From positions 1,289,188 to 1,353,187 of the forward strand of contig OZ244563.1 in NCBI GenBank assembly GCA_965217715.1: DNA of 64,000 nt, written 5' to 3'. The notes beneath the pieces were generated by a model. It saw nothing but the letters and a program-made list of their open reading frames with translations, was not told where the DNA came from and did not search any database. Of the stretch, positions 18,877 to 27,992 are shown in pieces (within the stretch, counting starts at the first letter, position 1; every line of letters begins with the position of its first letter). A program made the position numbers and the translations under genes. Origin of the DNA: Candidatus Poribacteria bacterium. GTDB lineage: Bacteria > Poribacteria > WGA-4E > WGA-3G.

Positions 18877-19959
18877 GTGGAATTAACATTAGTCAATCCG
18901 TACTTGACGCATCAGCAACCACCGCCAGCGCACAGTTACCGATACCGACAATGGCGTGCAAGGGGTTATCAATCAGGTCTGCATCCCATTTCACCTGACA
19001 GTGAATTAGGCACATGTATTGGGCAAATGGGATGGGTAGGGGCACATGCCCATGCTCACGACTACCTTTGGGCTTCGGCTGGTAATATGGGGGTGATACT
19101 ATCAGAACCGGTAGACGCAAAATGCCTTATCGCCTATGAAGACGCGCCACGGCATACATTACCTGCATCAATTGTCGTAAAAGGGTTAGCAGGCAGACAT
19201 GTGCTTTTGACCAAATCAGGTTCGCGCTTAGACATGGTAGGAATAGAACACCCCGCGCTAAATCTTACGGTAATTGAAGTGGAACCGGATGGAACACATT
19301 ATCGCATGCGCTTTGGCACGCAAACACAGTCTGAAATAGGAAATTCTTCAGAGTCCGAAAATGCCTCACAGTCTTGTGTTCCAACGAGTGAAATGTTCCA
19401 TTACCTCTTGATTTTTGAGCAACTTGAAAAACACGGATTTCAAACGTTAGTCCACTTGCAGCCGAAGTTTCTAAACCTAATCTCACGTACAGAACACGGT
19501 CAACCTGATCGTTTTTATAGTTTTCTAAAAGGGTATGAACCGGAAACCCCGATCATTTATGACGCATCTGGCGGGATTGGATTTGTTCAAGAACGGGTAC
19601 CTGGGATACCAGAATTATCTTATGAGAGTTTACGGCTCTTTGAAAACGGTTCTGCTCCAATGCGCCATATTCTTTACTGGATTGGACACGGCACTTTTTC
19701 ACGCGGGGCAGACCTTTTAGAAGCGTATAAACATGCCGAATACTTTGAAGCAGTAGCTCGAATGGCATGGGAGGCAAATCAAAAGCAAGTCTCTGCAGAA
19801 GCATATAGCGAAGAAATTGTTAACTGTATTCTCCGCGAATTTAACGCCAGCCGTACGCAGTCAAATAATGAACCTGTAGAACCAAGTGAACCTGCCACAG
19901 TGCCATTGGACATTGAACAAGAGAACCGGACACCAGAAAACCTGTACAACTACCCATAA
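18877..19959 (+). CDS. Hypothetical protein; the C-terminal half weakly resembles a class II aldolase/adducin fold
   Basis: 360-aa ORF with a GTG start. The segment LVHLQP...GIGFVQERVPGIPEL...ILYWIGHGTFSRGADLLEAYKHAEYFEAVARMAW resembles the aldolase-II layout, but the usual His ligands are not obvious. Confidence 0.4.
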   Translation: MELTLVNPYLTHQQPPPAHSYRYRQWRARGYQSGLHPISPDSELGTCIGQMGWVGAHAHAHDYLWASAGNMGVILSEPVDAKCLIAYEDAPRHTLPASIVVKGLAGRHVLLTKSGSRLDMVGIEHPALNLTVIEVEPDGTHYRMRFGTQTQSEIGNSSESENASQSCVPTSEMFHYLLIFEQLEKHGFQTLVHLQPKFLNLISRTEHGQPDRFYSFLKGYEPETPIIYDASGGIGFVQERVPGIPELSYESLRLFENGSAPMRHILYWIGHGTFSRGADLLEAYKHAEYFEAVARMAWEANQKQVSAEAYSEEIVNCILREFNASRTQSNNEPVEPSEPATVPLDIEQENRTPENLYNYP

Positions 19960-20020
19960 TACGCTAAAACCGAAAGTTGGCTTCACGCTATATTAGATAA
20001 ATCTTAGATAGGATGCATAG

Positions 20021-20335
20021 TACTGCGTAGGTTGGGTAGAACGCCGTGAAACCCCATAGGTGGCAACTTAAGAGGAGAAAACCACGTCACACTTAACACG
20101 ACACAAACTGGTAGGAGCGGTTTCCTAACCGCTCCGTATTATCCCAAAGCAATCTTATGGGAAACGTTTTCAACGCCGATATATCGCTCCTACAAAGATG
20201 TCTTGCCAATTAGTGGTTATTAACTAAAGTAAGTCCGGTGCGGTTAGGAAACCGCACCTACCGTACTTGCGAGTACTCCTTAAATTGACACCTATGGGTT
20301 TCGCTATCGTTCTACCTGACCTACGAACTTTACTA
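20021..20335. mobile_element. MITE-like element (~315 bp) with ~55-bp imperfect terminal inverted repeats, flanked by 27-bp direct repeats
   Basis: The left end TAGTACTGCGTAGGTTGGGTAGAACGCCGTGAAACCCCATAGGTGGCAACTTAAGAGGAG matches the reverse complement of the right end, TAGTAAAGTTCGTAGGTCAGGTAGAACGATAGCGAAACCCATAGGTGTCAATTTAAGGAG. The interior carries two opposed GCGGTT-loop-AACCGC hairpins. Flanking direct repeats are at 19994-20020 and 20336-20362 (24/27 identical). A second copy is at 55700-55963. Confidence 0.7.
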
Positions 20336-20396
20336 TAGATAAACCTTAGATAGGATCTATAGTCTTAAGCACTAAGATTTGCGAAGGAGATATTTT

Positions 20397-20867
20397 ATGA
20401 AAGAAACACAGCAACCACCTGCGATTGAGGAGACAGAAGAATCACAACAAACAAAACCGCAGAACTTAGAAGCCTATCTTAGGGACAGTATATTTGGAGA
20501 TGACCTTCGTAATTACGATGAAAAACTTGAAAAATTGACCCAAGAACTTGAAAATGCCCAACAGAGTATTGTTGAAATGGAAACAAGGTTGCTGAAGGAA
20601 GTCGCAGCTGTTAAAGCGCAATACGGTGATATACCAGATAATATAGCACAGCGCGTTGATAATCGTATTGACGAACTTATTAGTCGTAGTGAAAACGATC
20701 TTGAAAAATTGTCAATGCTCATCAATGAGTTTGCAACTGATTTTCAGGCACAAATTGATGCACTTCGTACGGAAACGCAAAAACTCCAAAATGACGGACA
20801 GTCCGACCGACAAGCACTCGCAAATGCTTTGATAACGATCGGCACGCAACTGAAAAAAGAATCATGA
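20397..20867 (+). CDS. Hypothetical coiled-coil protein
   Basis: ATG at 20397 follows GAAGGAG. The sequence is Q/E/K/L-rich and heptad-like (KLEKLTQELENAQQSIVEMETRLLKEV...). ATGA overlap with the downstream CapA-like gene. Confidence 0.5.
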   Translation: MKETQQPPAIEETEESQQTKPQNLEAYLRDSIFGDDLRNYDEKLEKLTQELENAQQSIVEMETRLLKEVAAVKAQYGDIPDNIAQRVDNRIDELISRSENDLEKLSMLINEFATDFQAQIDALRTETQKLQNDGQSDRQALANALITIGTQLKKES

Positions 20868-21979
20868 AAAGCAAAACATATTTCCTCATTTCTGTGTTTC
20901 TACTTATACCGTGCAGCATTACATTAGTAGCATCACCTCTCGCGTCGGACTTAGACACCGAAGAAATTTCGATCATTGCCGTTGGTGATATAACAATAGG
21001 AAGCAACTTGACACCACTCATTGAACGACAGGGTGCGGGTGTGTTTTTTGAAGGCACAGCCTCGGTCATTCAATCAGCGGATGTTGCCACAGTATCCCTC
21101 AACACCAGCATTTCAGACAGGGGAGAGCCAGACCCAAAGCAAGAATTGCGTTTCCGAGCTGCCCCCGGACTTGCACGCGCACTCGCAAATGCGGGGTTTG
21201 ATGCGGTTTCGTTAGCGACACCACATATTATGGATTTTGGAATCGAAGCTCTTGAAGATACGGTAACCAATTTGGAGTGGTATAACGTTAAATCTATGGG
21301 TGTAGGAATATCGCCCGCTGCGGCAAATGCACCTGCATGGTTGGACGTGAACTCTAAAAAAATTGCTCTGTTCGCGTATTTGCGCGGGAATGAATTCAAT
21401 ATGGCATCGTTAGACCTTGTTGCTTCTGCTGCCTATAGCCAAATGGTGAGTGCTGTTCAAGAGGTAGATGCTGCTGCTGAACTTATCATTGTTTGGCTCC
21501 ATTGGGGTAAAAAGGACGCAGAACTCACGGCACAACAAGCGAGTATTGGTCGCCAACGCATTTTTGCGCAAGCACTTATTGATTCTGGTGCTGATCTGGT
21601 TTTATGTCAACAACTCCATACACTTGGTGGGATTGAACTCTACAAAGGAAAACCGATTGTCTACAGCTTAGCAGACTTCATCTATGATACCTATTCATTA
21701 CAGCATGCGCGCGCAATTATTCCTAAAGTGACTTTTGTGAAAGAAGGTCTCAAATCTATTGAATTAATACCTATATTGGTAGATAAACAGGGACAGTCAA
21801 TTCCTCAACCGAGCCTTCTCAAAGCCAAAGATGCTTCCGCAGAGACTAACGATAAAAATTGGGAAGAATCTGCCATAGAGACATTGCAAAATTATCAGAA
21901 AAGGTGCGCTCAACTCAATACAGAAGTAATTATTGAAGGAGAACGCGGATGGATCAACTGTGTAGATAAGTCCCAGTAG
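20864..21979 (+). CDS. CapA/PGA_cap-family metallophosphatase-like protein, exported
   Basis: Signal-like N-terminus, IIAVGDITIGSNL, SLATPHIMDFG, and WLHWGKKDAELTAQQ..FAQALIDSGADLVLCQQLH, which is typical of the CapA layout. Confidence 0.65.
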   Translation: MKSKTYFLISVFLLIPCSITLVASPLASDLDTEEISIIAVGDITIGSNLTPLIERQGAGVFFEGTASVIQSADVATVSLNTSISDRGEPDPKQELRFRAAPGLARALANAGFDAVSLATPHIMDFGIEALEDTVTNLEWYNVKSMGVGISPAAANAPAWLDVNSKKIALFAYLRGNEFNMASLDLVASAAYSQMVSAVQEVDAAAELIIVWLHWGKKDAELTAQQASIGRQRIFAQALIDSGADLVLCQQLHTLGGIELYKGKPIVYSLADFIYDTYSLQHARAIIPKVTFVKEGLKSIELIPILVDKQGQSIPQPSLLKAKDASAETNDKNWEESAIETLQNYQKRCAQLNTEVIIEGERGWINCVDKSQ

Positions 21980-22053
21980 AGCGTTTTGAACAGTGAATCA
22001 TCCAAAGAGTTAGCGATGCACCTGAGAGAAATAGGAAAGGAGAATAGATAGCA

Positions 22054-24495
22054 ATGGAAAACGAACACCAAACTATTACAGAACTTGAAAATCCTGATGA
22101 ACATGAGGATTCTGAAGAAATTTTAGAGACAGCGGAATTACCAATACTTCCGGTGAATGATCTTGTCATTTTTCCGTATATGCCACCGGTGCCACCTTTT
22201 CCGCCACATCATGTCGCGCTTTCAGGAAAGATGGTCATGGATGCCGTTGACGATGCAATGCTAAACGGCGAGCGGGTGCTCTGTATTTTCCAAACTAATT
22301 CGGGGCGCAGTTTGGACATAGACCCGCGCGCAGTCAAAGATATGACTCTGGAAGAATTAAGCCCCATCGGCAGCTTGATTCATATTCTCCGCGCGAAGAA
22401 AGATGATGAAGATGTACTGTTTCTTGCGAATGGTCGCGCACGGGTTCAAATTGAAGAAATACTGCACAATGAACCGTTTTTAAAAGCACGCGTCCGCCTT
22501 TTGGAAGACGAAGAAGAAGCTGAAGAGGTTACCGAAGATGATTTAGAGATTGAAGCACTTGTCCGAAGCGTTGACGAAATGTTCCAGCGCATTGTTCAGC
22601 TCTCCTCACGTTATCAAGAAGAACATGGGATTATGACCAAAAACATTGATGAACCTGGGCGATTAGCCGATTATATTGCCGCCGTCTTAGACCTCAAACC
22701 TCAAGAAAAGCAACAGGTTCTTGAGGCAATCTCTATTCCCGAAAGGCTTAATAAACTTGCTGTTATTCTTGCCAGGGAGGTTGACCTCCATGAGTTAGAA
22801 AGCAAAATTCAGTCTAATGCACAAGCCGTTATCAATAAAGGGCAACGTGAATACTTTCTACGTGAGCAACTTAAAGCAATTCAAACAGAACTCGGTGAGG
22901 CGGATGATTTAGCTTCTGATGTTGACGAAATGCGCGAACAGTTGAAAAAGGCAGATCTACCGCCAAAAGCACATAAAGCGGCTACCAAAGAACTCAATCG
23001 TCTTTCCAAAATGCAGTCCTATTCTCCAGAGTCGACCGTATCAAGGAATTATTTAGATTGGCTTCTTAATTTACCATGGTCTGTTCACACAGAGGATTCT
23101 ATAAACCTTACAAAGGCGATGAAAATTCTTGATGCAGACCACTATAATTTAACGAAAGTCAAAGAACGTATTGTTGAACATCTTGCTGTCCGAATCCTCA
23201 AATCTGACATGAAGGGGCCTATCTTTTGCTTCGTAGGTCCGCCGGGCGTAGGAAAAACATCTCTCGGTAAGTCTATCGCTCGCGCTATCGGTAGGAAATT
23301 TGCCCGTATCTCCCTTGGGGGTATGCACGACGAAGCCGAAATTCGTGGGCATCGACGCACCTACATCGGTTCAATGCCTGGTCGTATTATTAAAGGGGTA
23401 CGGCAGGCAGAATCCAATAATCCTGTCTTTATGCTTGACGAAATTGATAAACTTGGTTCCGATTTTCGAGGTGATCCGGCAGCTGCACTGCTTGAAGTCC
23501 TTGACCCTGAACAAAACCATGCATTTACTGACAACTATTTAGATGTCCCATTTGATCTGTCTCAGATAATGTTCATCACAACAGCAAACCAACTCCACAC
23601 AATTCCATCACCACTTCGCGACCGAATGGAAACAATTGAGTTACCCGGCTATACTTCAAACGAGAAAAAGCAGATTGCTAAACAGTATCTCATTCCGCGT
23701 CAACTTAAGGAGAACGGTATTACGAAGAAACAATTGAGTATCTCCGCTGCAGCAATTGGAAAAGTGGTCAAAGAATATACCCGCGAGGCAGGTGTTCGGA
23801 ATTTAGAACGCGAACTTGGTACCCTCTGTCGTAAATCTGCGCGCCGTGTGGCAGAAGGGCAAAACGGTCGCACCAAAATAGGAATTAAGGAAATACCTAA
23901 TTATCTCGGTCCTCCGAAGTTCGATTCTGAAATCGCTGGAAGAACCGCTGATGTCGGTGTTGCTACCGGTCTATCTGTTACACCGGCGGGGGGTGAAATC
24001 CTCTTTGTTGAAGCAACTGCCTCTCAAAAGCACAGTGGAAAAGGAGAACTCCTTATTACTGGGCAAATAGGTGATGTAATGCAGGAATCGGCACAGACTG
24101 CTCTCACTTATGTCAAATCCCAAGCATCTACCCTGGAATTTGACACACTCGCGCTCCAAGATGATATCCATATCCATGTGCCTGCCGGGGGTATTCCGAA
24201 GGATGGTCCCTCCGCGGGTATCACAATCGCCGCTGCACTGGCGTCCATCGCTACGAAGCAGGGAATTAATCCTGAAGTCGCTATGACAGGTGAATTGACC
24301 TTAAGAGGTAGAGTACTACCCATTGGTGGTATCAAGGAGAAAGTACTCGCTGCCAAACAGGCAGGCATAAAAAAAGTTATTGTTCCACAAGGCAATCAAA
24401 AAGACTTTGTTGAAATTCCAGAGGATATCCAAGAAGGGCTTGCATTCTTCTTTGTTGAAAATATGGACGAAGTCTTTTCTGAGGTTTTTGTATAA
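22054..24495 (+). CDS. lon: ATP-dependent Lon protease (endopeptidase La)
   Basis: 813 aa with Walker A GPPGVGKTSLGKSIA, Walker B VFMLDEIDK, sensor blocks, the proteolytic PKDGPSAGIT serine motif and GG(I/L)KEKVLAA. Confidence 0.95.
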   Translation: MENEHQTITELENPDEHEDSEEILETAELPILPVNDLVIFPYMPPVPPFPPHHVALSGKMVMDAVDDAMLNGERVLCIFQTNSGRSLDIDPRAVKDMTLEELSPIGSLIHILRAKKDDEDVLFLANGRARVQIEEILHNEPFLKARVRLLEDEEEAEEVTEDDLEIEALVRSVDEMFQRIVQLSSRYQEEHGIMTKNIDEPGRLADYIAAVLDLKPQEKQQVLEAISIPERLNKLAVILAREVDLHELESKIQSNAQAVINKGQREYFLREQLKAIQTELGEADDLASDVDEMREQLKKADLPPKAHKAATKELNRLSKMQSYSPESTVSRNYLDWLLNLPWSVHTEDSINLTKAMKILDADHYNLTKVKERIVEHLAVRILKSDMKGPIFCFVGPPGVGKTSLGKSIARAIGRKFARISLGGMHDEAEIRGHRRTYIGSMPGRIIKGVRQAESNNPVFMLDEIDKLGSDFRGDPAAALLEVLDPEQNHAFTDNYLDVPFDLSQIMFITTANQLHTIPSPLRDRMETIELPGYTSNEKKQIAKQYLIPRQLKENGITKKQLSISAAAIGKVVKEYTREAGVRNLERELGTLCRKSARRVAEGQNGRTKIGIKEIPNYLGPPKFDSEIAGRTADVGVATGLSVTPAGGEILFVEATASQKHSGKGELLITGQIGDVMQESAQTALTYVKSQASTLEFDTLALQDDIHIHVPAGGIPKDGPSAGITIAAALASIATKQGINPEVAMTGELTLRGRVLPIGGIKEKVLAAKQAGIKKVIVPQGNQKDFVEIPEDIQEGLAFFFVENMDEVFSEVFV

Positions 24496-24500
24496 ATTAT

Positions 24501-24807
24501 ACCGTGAGCTCGGTGTAAGAGATATGAAGTTCTTAATGCTGGAATCTTACTCTCATAACCGCGGTAGGTGCGGTTTCTAACCGCACTTTGAGCATCAAAC
24601 TTTTAGTTTGTGCATCCTGGAACGCAAACTAAAAGTTTGCGCTACAAAAGATTGTTTATACCGAGCTCACGATGCTGGAATCTTACTCTCATAACCGCGG
24701 TAGGTGCGGTTTCTAACCGCACTTTGAGCATCAAACTTTTAGTTTGTGCATCCTGGAACGCAAACTAAAAGTTTGCGCTACAAAAGATTGTTTATACCGA
24801 GCTCACG
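24501..24807. repeat. Tandem duplication (2 x 136 bp) of a double-hairpin unit, preceded by an inverted copy of its end
   Basis: Copies at 24536-24671 and 24672-24807 look identical by eye. Each holds GGTAGGTGCGGTTTCTAACCGCAC plus the 16-bp-stem palindrome CAAACTTTTAGTTTG...CAAACTAAAAGTTTG. ACCGTGAGCTCGGT (24501-24514) is the inverse of ACCGAGCTCACG at each unit end. Confidence 0.9.
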
Positions 24808-24839
24808 TTAAATATAGGAAAGTTTTAAGTCAGAAAAGG

Positions 24840-24869
24840 TTGACAATTGACCTTGCAGTAGTGTAGAAT
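24840..24869 (+). promoter_or_regulatory. Candidate promoter TTGACA-N18-TAGAAT for the DUF1549/DUF1553 gene
   Basis: TTGACA at 24840-24845 and TAGAAT at 24864-24869, about 90 nt upstream of the ATG at 24960. Confidence 0.4.
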
Positions 24870-24959
24870 TGCAACATTGAACGCCCGAGGTGTCATATAG
24901 CCTCGTAAAATTGGCGATCACAACATCGTGAATTCCTTGTAAAGGTAAGGAGAAATGAC

Positions 24960-27218
24960 ATGAAAAGCATTAGATGGAGCAGAATCGTTCCTTTCCTCAT
25001 AGTATGTGCCATTGCTGCATATACGACCATGTTAACTACCTCAACTTGTTGGGGAAATACAGAAAGTACCCAAATTGATAACGAGGCAAAAGATCGCGAG
25101 CCTCTTTTTCTAAAAGATATCGCACCTATCCTTGATAAGCGAGGGTGTTCCGCGGGGCTTTGCCATGGGAAATTCGGTGGACAAGGCGGTTTAAATCTAT
25201 CCTTGCTTACGCTGAACCCAGAAAGTGATTATGAACCGATTGTGCATCATAACCGGGGAAGACGGATCAATCTACTTGATCCTGAGCAGAGTCTCCTTTA
25301 TCTAAAACCAACTGGGCAGATTCCGCATGAGGGCGGTGTGAGATTTGGTGCTAACTCTGATGAAGCGGAAACCATTCTTCAATGGATCTCCGCTGGTGCT
25401 CCCTTTTCACCTGATGAACCCCGATTAGAAAAACTTGAAATTGAACCGAGCGAGTCTGCGTTCACTGCTGTTGGTGAAACGAAGCAGCTAAAGGCACTTG
25501 CACATTTTACTGATGGATCAGTGGAAGATGTTACAGAGCAGGTTGTCTATGAATCCAAAGATGAGCCGGTCGCATCTGTCACGGAATCTGGACTCGTAAC
25601 GAGTGAACGTTGGGGTGGAACTGCTATCTTAGCAAGATATTTAGGAGTTGTTTCCTCATCTTTCATAACCGTTCCGAGAGAATCTGATGAAAAACCTTTC
25701 CCGGAAGTTCTAACAAACAATTTCATTGATGAATTCGTTGCGGCGAAACTCAAAAAATTGAATGTCCGTCCGTCTGAACTCTCTTCAGATTCCGAATTCA
25801 TTCGGAGAGTTTATTTGGATACTATCGGAAAATTACCCACATCCGATGAGGTTACGGAATTCCTCGCTGATTCAGACCCAGAAAAACGTTTACGCTTGAT
25901 TGATACGTTGATGGAAACAGAAGAGTGGGTTAACCTGCGAACATTGAAATTAGCTGATATGTTGCGCGTACATCCACGGCGGTTAGGAAATGGTGAATTC
26001 GGTGAAACACCTGCCACGCTATTCCATGAGTTTATATGGAATTCTGTCGCCGAAAATAAACCGTATGACCAGTTTGTATACGACATTTTAACTGCCCGCG
26101 GCAGTACATATCTGCATGGACCCGCTAACTATTATCGGATTGAGCGCCAACCTGCTGGCAGAGCTGAAACCACAGCACAAGTATTTCTCGGCATCCGTCT
26201 CAGTTGCGCCCGATGCCATAAACATCCTTTTGATGAGTGGACAACTGATGATTATTGGAACTTTGCTGCATTCACAGGCAAGGTTAACACGCGCGGAGGC
26301 GAACTATACCAAGAACTGGTCGTCTACCACAACCCAGCTGGACGCGTCATCAACCAATCTGTCCAAGGCAACCGTGGACAGATCGCACAACCCACATTCC
26401 TTGGTGGAGAAACGCTTCCAGAGGCGCATAGAGCAGATGCGATTAAGCATCTCGCAGACTGGATGACCGCGGATTCTAATCCATATTTCGCAAAAGCGAC
26501 CGTCAACCGTCTATGGAGTTACTATTTCGGCAGAGGGGTTGTTGACCCTGTTGACGATATGCGCGCTACTACTCCCGCAAGTGTTGAAGGGCTCTTAGAA
26601 GCGTTGGCGGAAGAGTTTGTTCGAAGCGGGTATGATACCAAACATATTATAAAATTGATGCTTAATTCCCGAACCTATCAGCTTTCCGCAGCACCGAATG
26701 AAACGAATGAATTAGATGATAGATTCTTCTCTCGCTTCATGCCTCGTCCCTTGATGGCGCAAGTGTTGCTTGATGTCTTAAATGATGTTACAGGATCATC
26801 GGAGAAATATGGAAGGCTTCCGAAAGGTACGCGGGTTATTGAGCTGCCGCTCCCTGTGAATTCCCGTTTTCTTAATCTGTTTGGCCGTTCAGATAGGGAG
26901 TTCTTGGGCAACTTAGACCCTTTACTTGAACCAACGCTCACACAGGCACTACACATCATCAACTCTCGTTATGTGAACGACAAGTTGAAAAAAAGCGATG
27001 GCACAATTACCCAGCTTCTTGAGCCAAAGTCTGGGGAAAAGTTGCAACCGGCAGAATTGGTTAAGGAACTGTATTTAATGACTTTGAGTCGTCATCCCAC
27101 CGAAGCGGAACTTGAAACGGCTATAACACATCTTGCCGATAGTTCCACAAGGCGCGAAGACACAGAAGACCTACTCTGGGCACTGATTTCATCCCGCTCT
27201 TTCCTTTTCAATCGGTAA
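24960..27218 (+). CDS. DUF1549/DUF1553 domain protein with an N-terminal cytochrome-like CxxCH segment and an Ig-like domain
   Basis: Signal anchor, then CSAGLCHGKFGGQGGLNLS, a Big_2-like segment (KQLKALAHFTDGSVEDVTEQV), DUF1549-type RRVYLDTIGKLPT and RLSCARCHKHPFDEWTTDDYW, and DUF1553-type C-terminal blocks (NRLWSYYFGRG, LWALISSRSFLFNR). Confidence 0.8.
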   Translation: MKSIRWSRIVPFLIVCAIAAYTTMLTTSTCWGNTESTQIDNEAKDREPLFLKDIAPILDKRGCSAGLCHGKFGGQGGLNLSLLTLNPESDYEPIVHHNRGRRINLLDPEQSLLYLKPTGQIPHEGGVRFGANSDEAETILQWISAGAPFSPDEPRLEKLEIEPSESAFTAVGETKQLKALAHFTDGSVEDVTEQVVYESKDEPVASVTESGLVTSERWGGTAILARYLGVVSSSFITVPRESDEKPFPEVLTNNFIDEFVAAKLKKLNVRPSELSSDSEFIRRVYLDTIGKLPTSDEVTEFLADSDPEKRLRLIDTLMETEEWVNLRTLKLADMLRVHPRRLGNGEFGETPATLFHEFIWNSVAENKPYDQFVYDILTARGSTYLHGPANYYRIERQPAGRAETTAQVFLGIRLSCARCHKHPFDEWTTDDYWNFAAFTGKVNTRGGELYQELVVYHNPAGRVINQSVQGNRGQIAQPTFLGGETLPEAHRADAIKHLADWMTADSNPYFAKATVNRLWSYYFGRGVVDPVDDMRATTPASVEGLLEALAEEFVRSGYDTKHIIKLMLNSRTYQLSAAPNETNELDDRFFSRFMPRPLMAQVLLDVLNDVTGSSEKYGRLPKGTRVIELPLPVNSRFLNLFGRSDREFLGNLDPLLEPTLTQALHIINSRYVNDKLKKSDGTITQLLEPKSGEKLQPAELVKELYLMTLSRHPTEAELETAITHLADSSTRREDTEDLLWALISSRSFLFNR

Positions 27219-27243
27219 AACATGTCTATAGACACTAACCTTA

Positions 27244-27301
27244 AGGCAGGTGAAGATTGACGGAAACTCACATCCGTCCATCCTCACCTGCCTAATTTTT
27301 T
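27244..27301 (+). terminator. Rho-independent terminator candidate
   Basis: A 10-bp stem AGGCAGGTGA (27244-27253) / TCACCTGCCT (27285-27294), with an inner GACGGA...TCCGTC hairpin, followed by AATTTTTT. Confidence 0.6.
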
Positions 27302-27343
27302 ATAGTCACATCTAATCTAAATTCTATCCATTTCTCTCTTGTC

Positions 27344-27755
27344 AATACCTTCGCCAATTATCTGAGTTTGAGTTGAATGAGTATGTAATGAATAGCACCC
27401 ATAAGTGTCAACTTAGCGATCCTCCAGGGGCGGTAGGTTCGGTTTCCTAACCGAACCGGGTTTGTTCCAGTCCATATTCTCAGGTGCTCGTTAAGCAATC
27501 TTGCTTGGCATCCTGATGTTGAAGGATTTCATGAATAAAAATAGCTTCAGGTTTTTGCGGAAGTATTCTTAAATCATCTAAAGATTCAACATACGCCAGA
27601 CTGCCTTGAAGTCTAAGACGCTAAACTTAGCGTGTTCTAAGCAGAATGCGGGTAAGATTAACACTCTAATCTATCTGACATTTATTAATTTCATCACATC
27701 GTTCATAACGGTTTAGTTGACTTATGAAAAACCTGCCATTTTGGCGAAGGTATTG
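27344..27755. repeat. ~412-bp non-coding segment bounded by perfect 15-bp inverted repeats (CAATACCTTCGCCAA / TTGGCGAAGGTATTG)
   Basis: The inverted repeats are at 27344-27358 and 27741-27755. The interior has a CCCATAAGTGTCAACTTAG partial MITE end and the hairpin GGTAGGTTCGGTTTCCTAACCGAACC (27432-27457). A type-2 REP (27757-27785) abuts the right end. Confidence 0.6.
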
Positions 27756-27842
27756 TCTTGTAGGAGGGCTTTGTAAACCCGATCCATGATCAGTGTTCTA
27801 AAGTGGTTTCTTTGACACTATCAAAACCGTTGAACACACAGA

Positions 27843-27897
27843 AAATCTCAAAATCCGTGTAATCTGCAAAATCCGTATAATCCGAGATTCAGACAAA
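27843..27897 (+). promoter_or_regulatory. Phased 8-9-bp AATC(C/T)NNNN repeats ending in GATTCAGAC, upstream of the rhamnose-isomerase operon promoter
   Basis: AAATCCGTGT AATCTGCAA AATCCGTAT AATCCGAGA TTCAGACAAA. Related arrays are at 42127-42167 (minus), 42526-42566 (plus) and a single unit at 18703-18721. Confidence 0.4.
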
Positions 27898-27924
27898 TAA
27901 CACATCTCTGCTTCATAACAATCT

Positions 27925-27953
27925 TTACTTAAAAATTAGAACTATGGTATAAT
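27925..27953 (+). promoter_or_regulatory. Candidate promoter TTACTT-N17-(TGg)TATAAT
   Basis: TTACTT at 27925-27930 and TATAAT at 27948-27953 with an extended -10 TG. It lies 40 nt upstream of the ATG at 27993. Confidence 0.45.
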
Positions 27954-27992
27954 TATTCCCAGAACATGAACTGAAATCAGGAGAAAACATAT

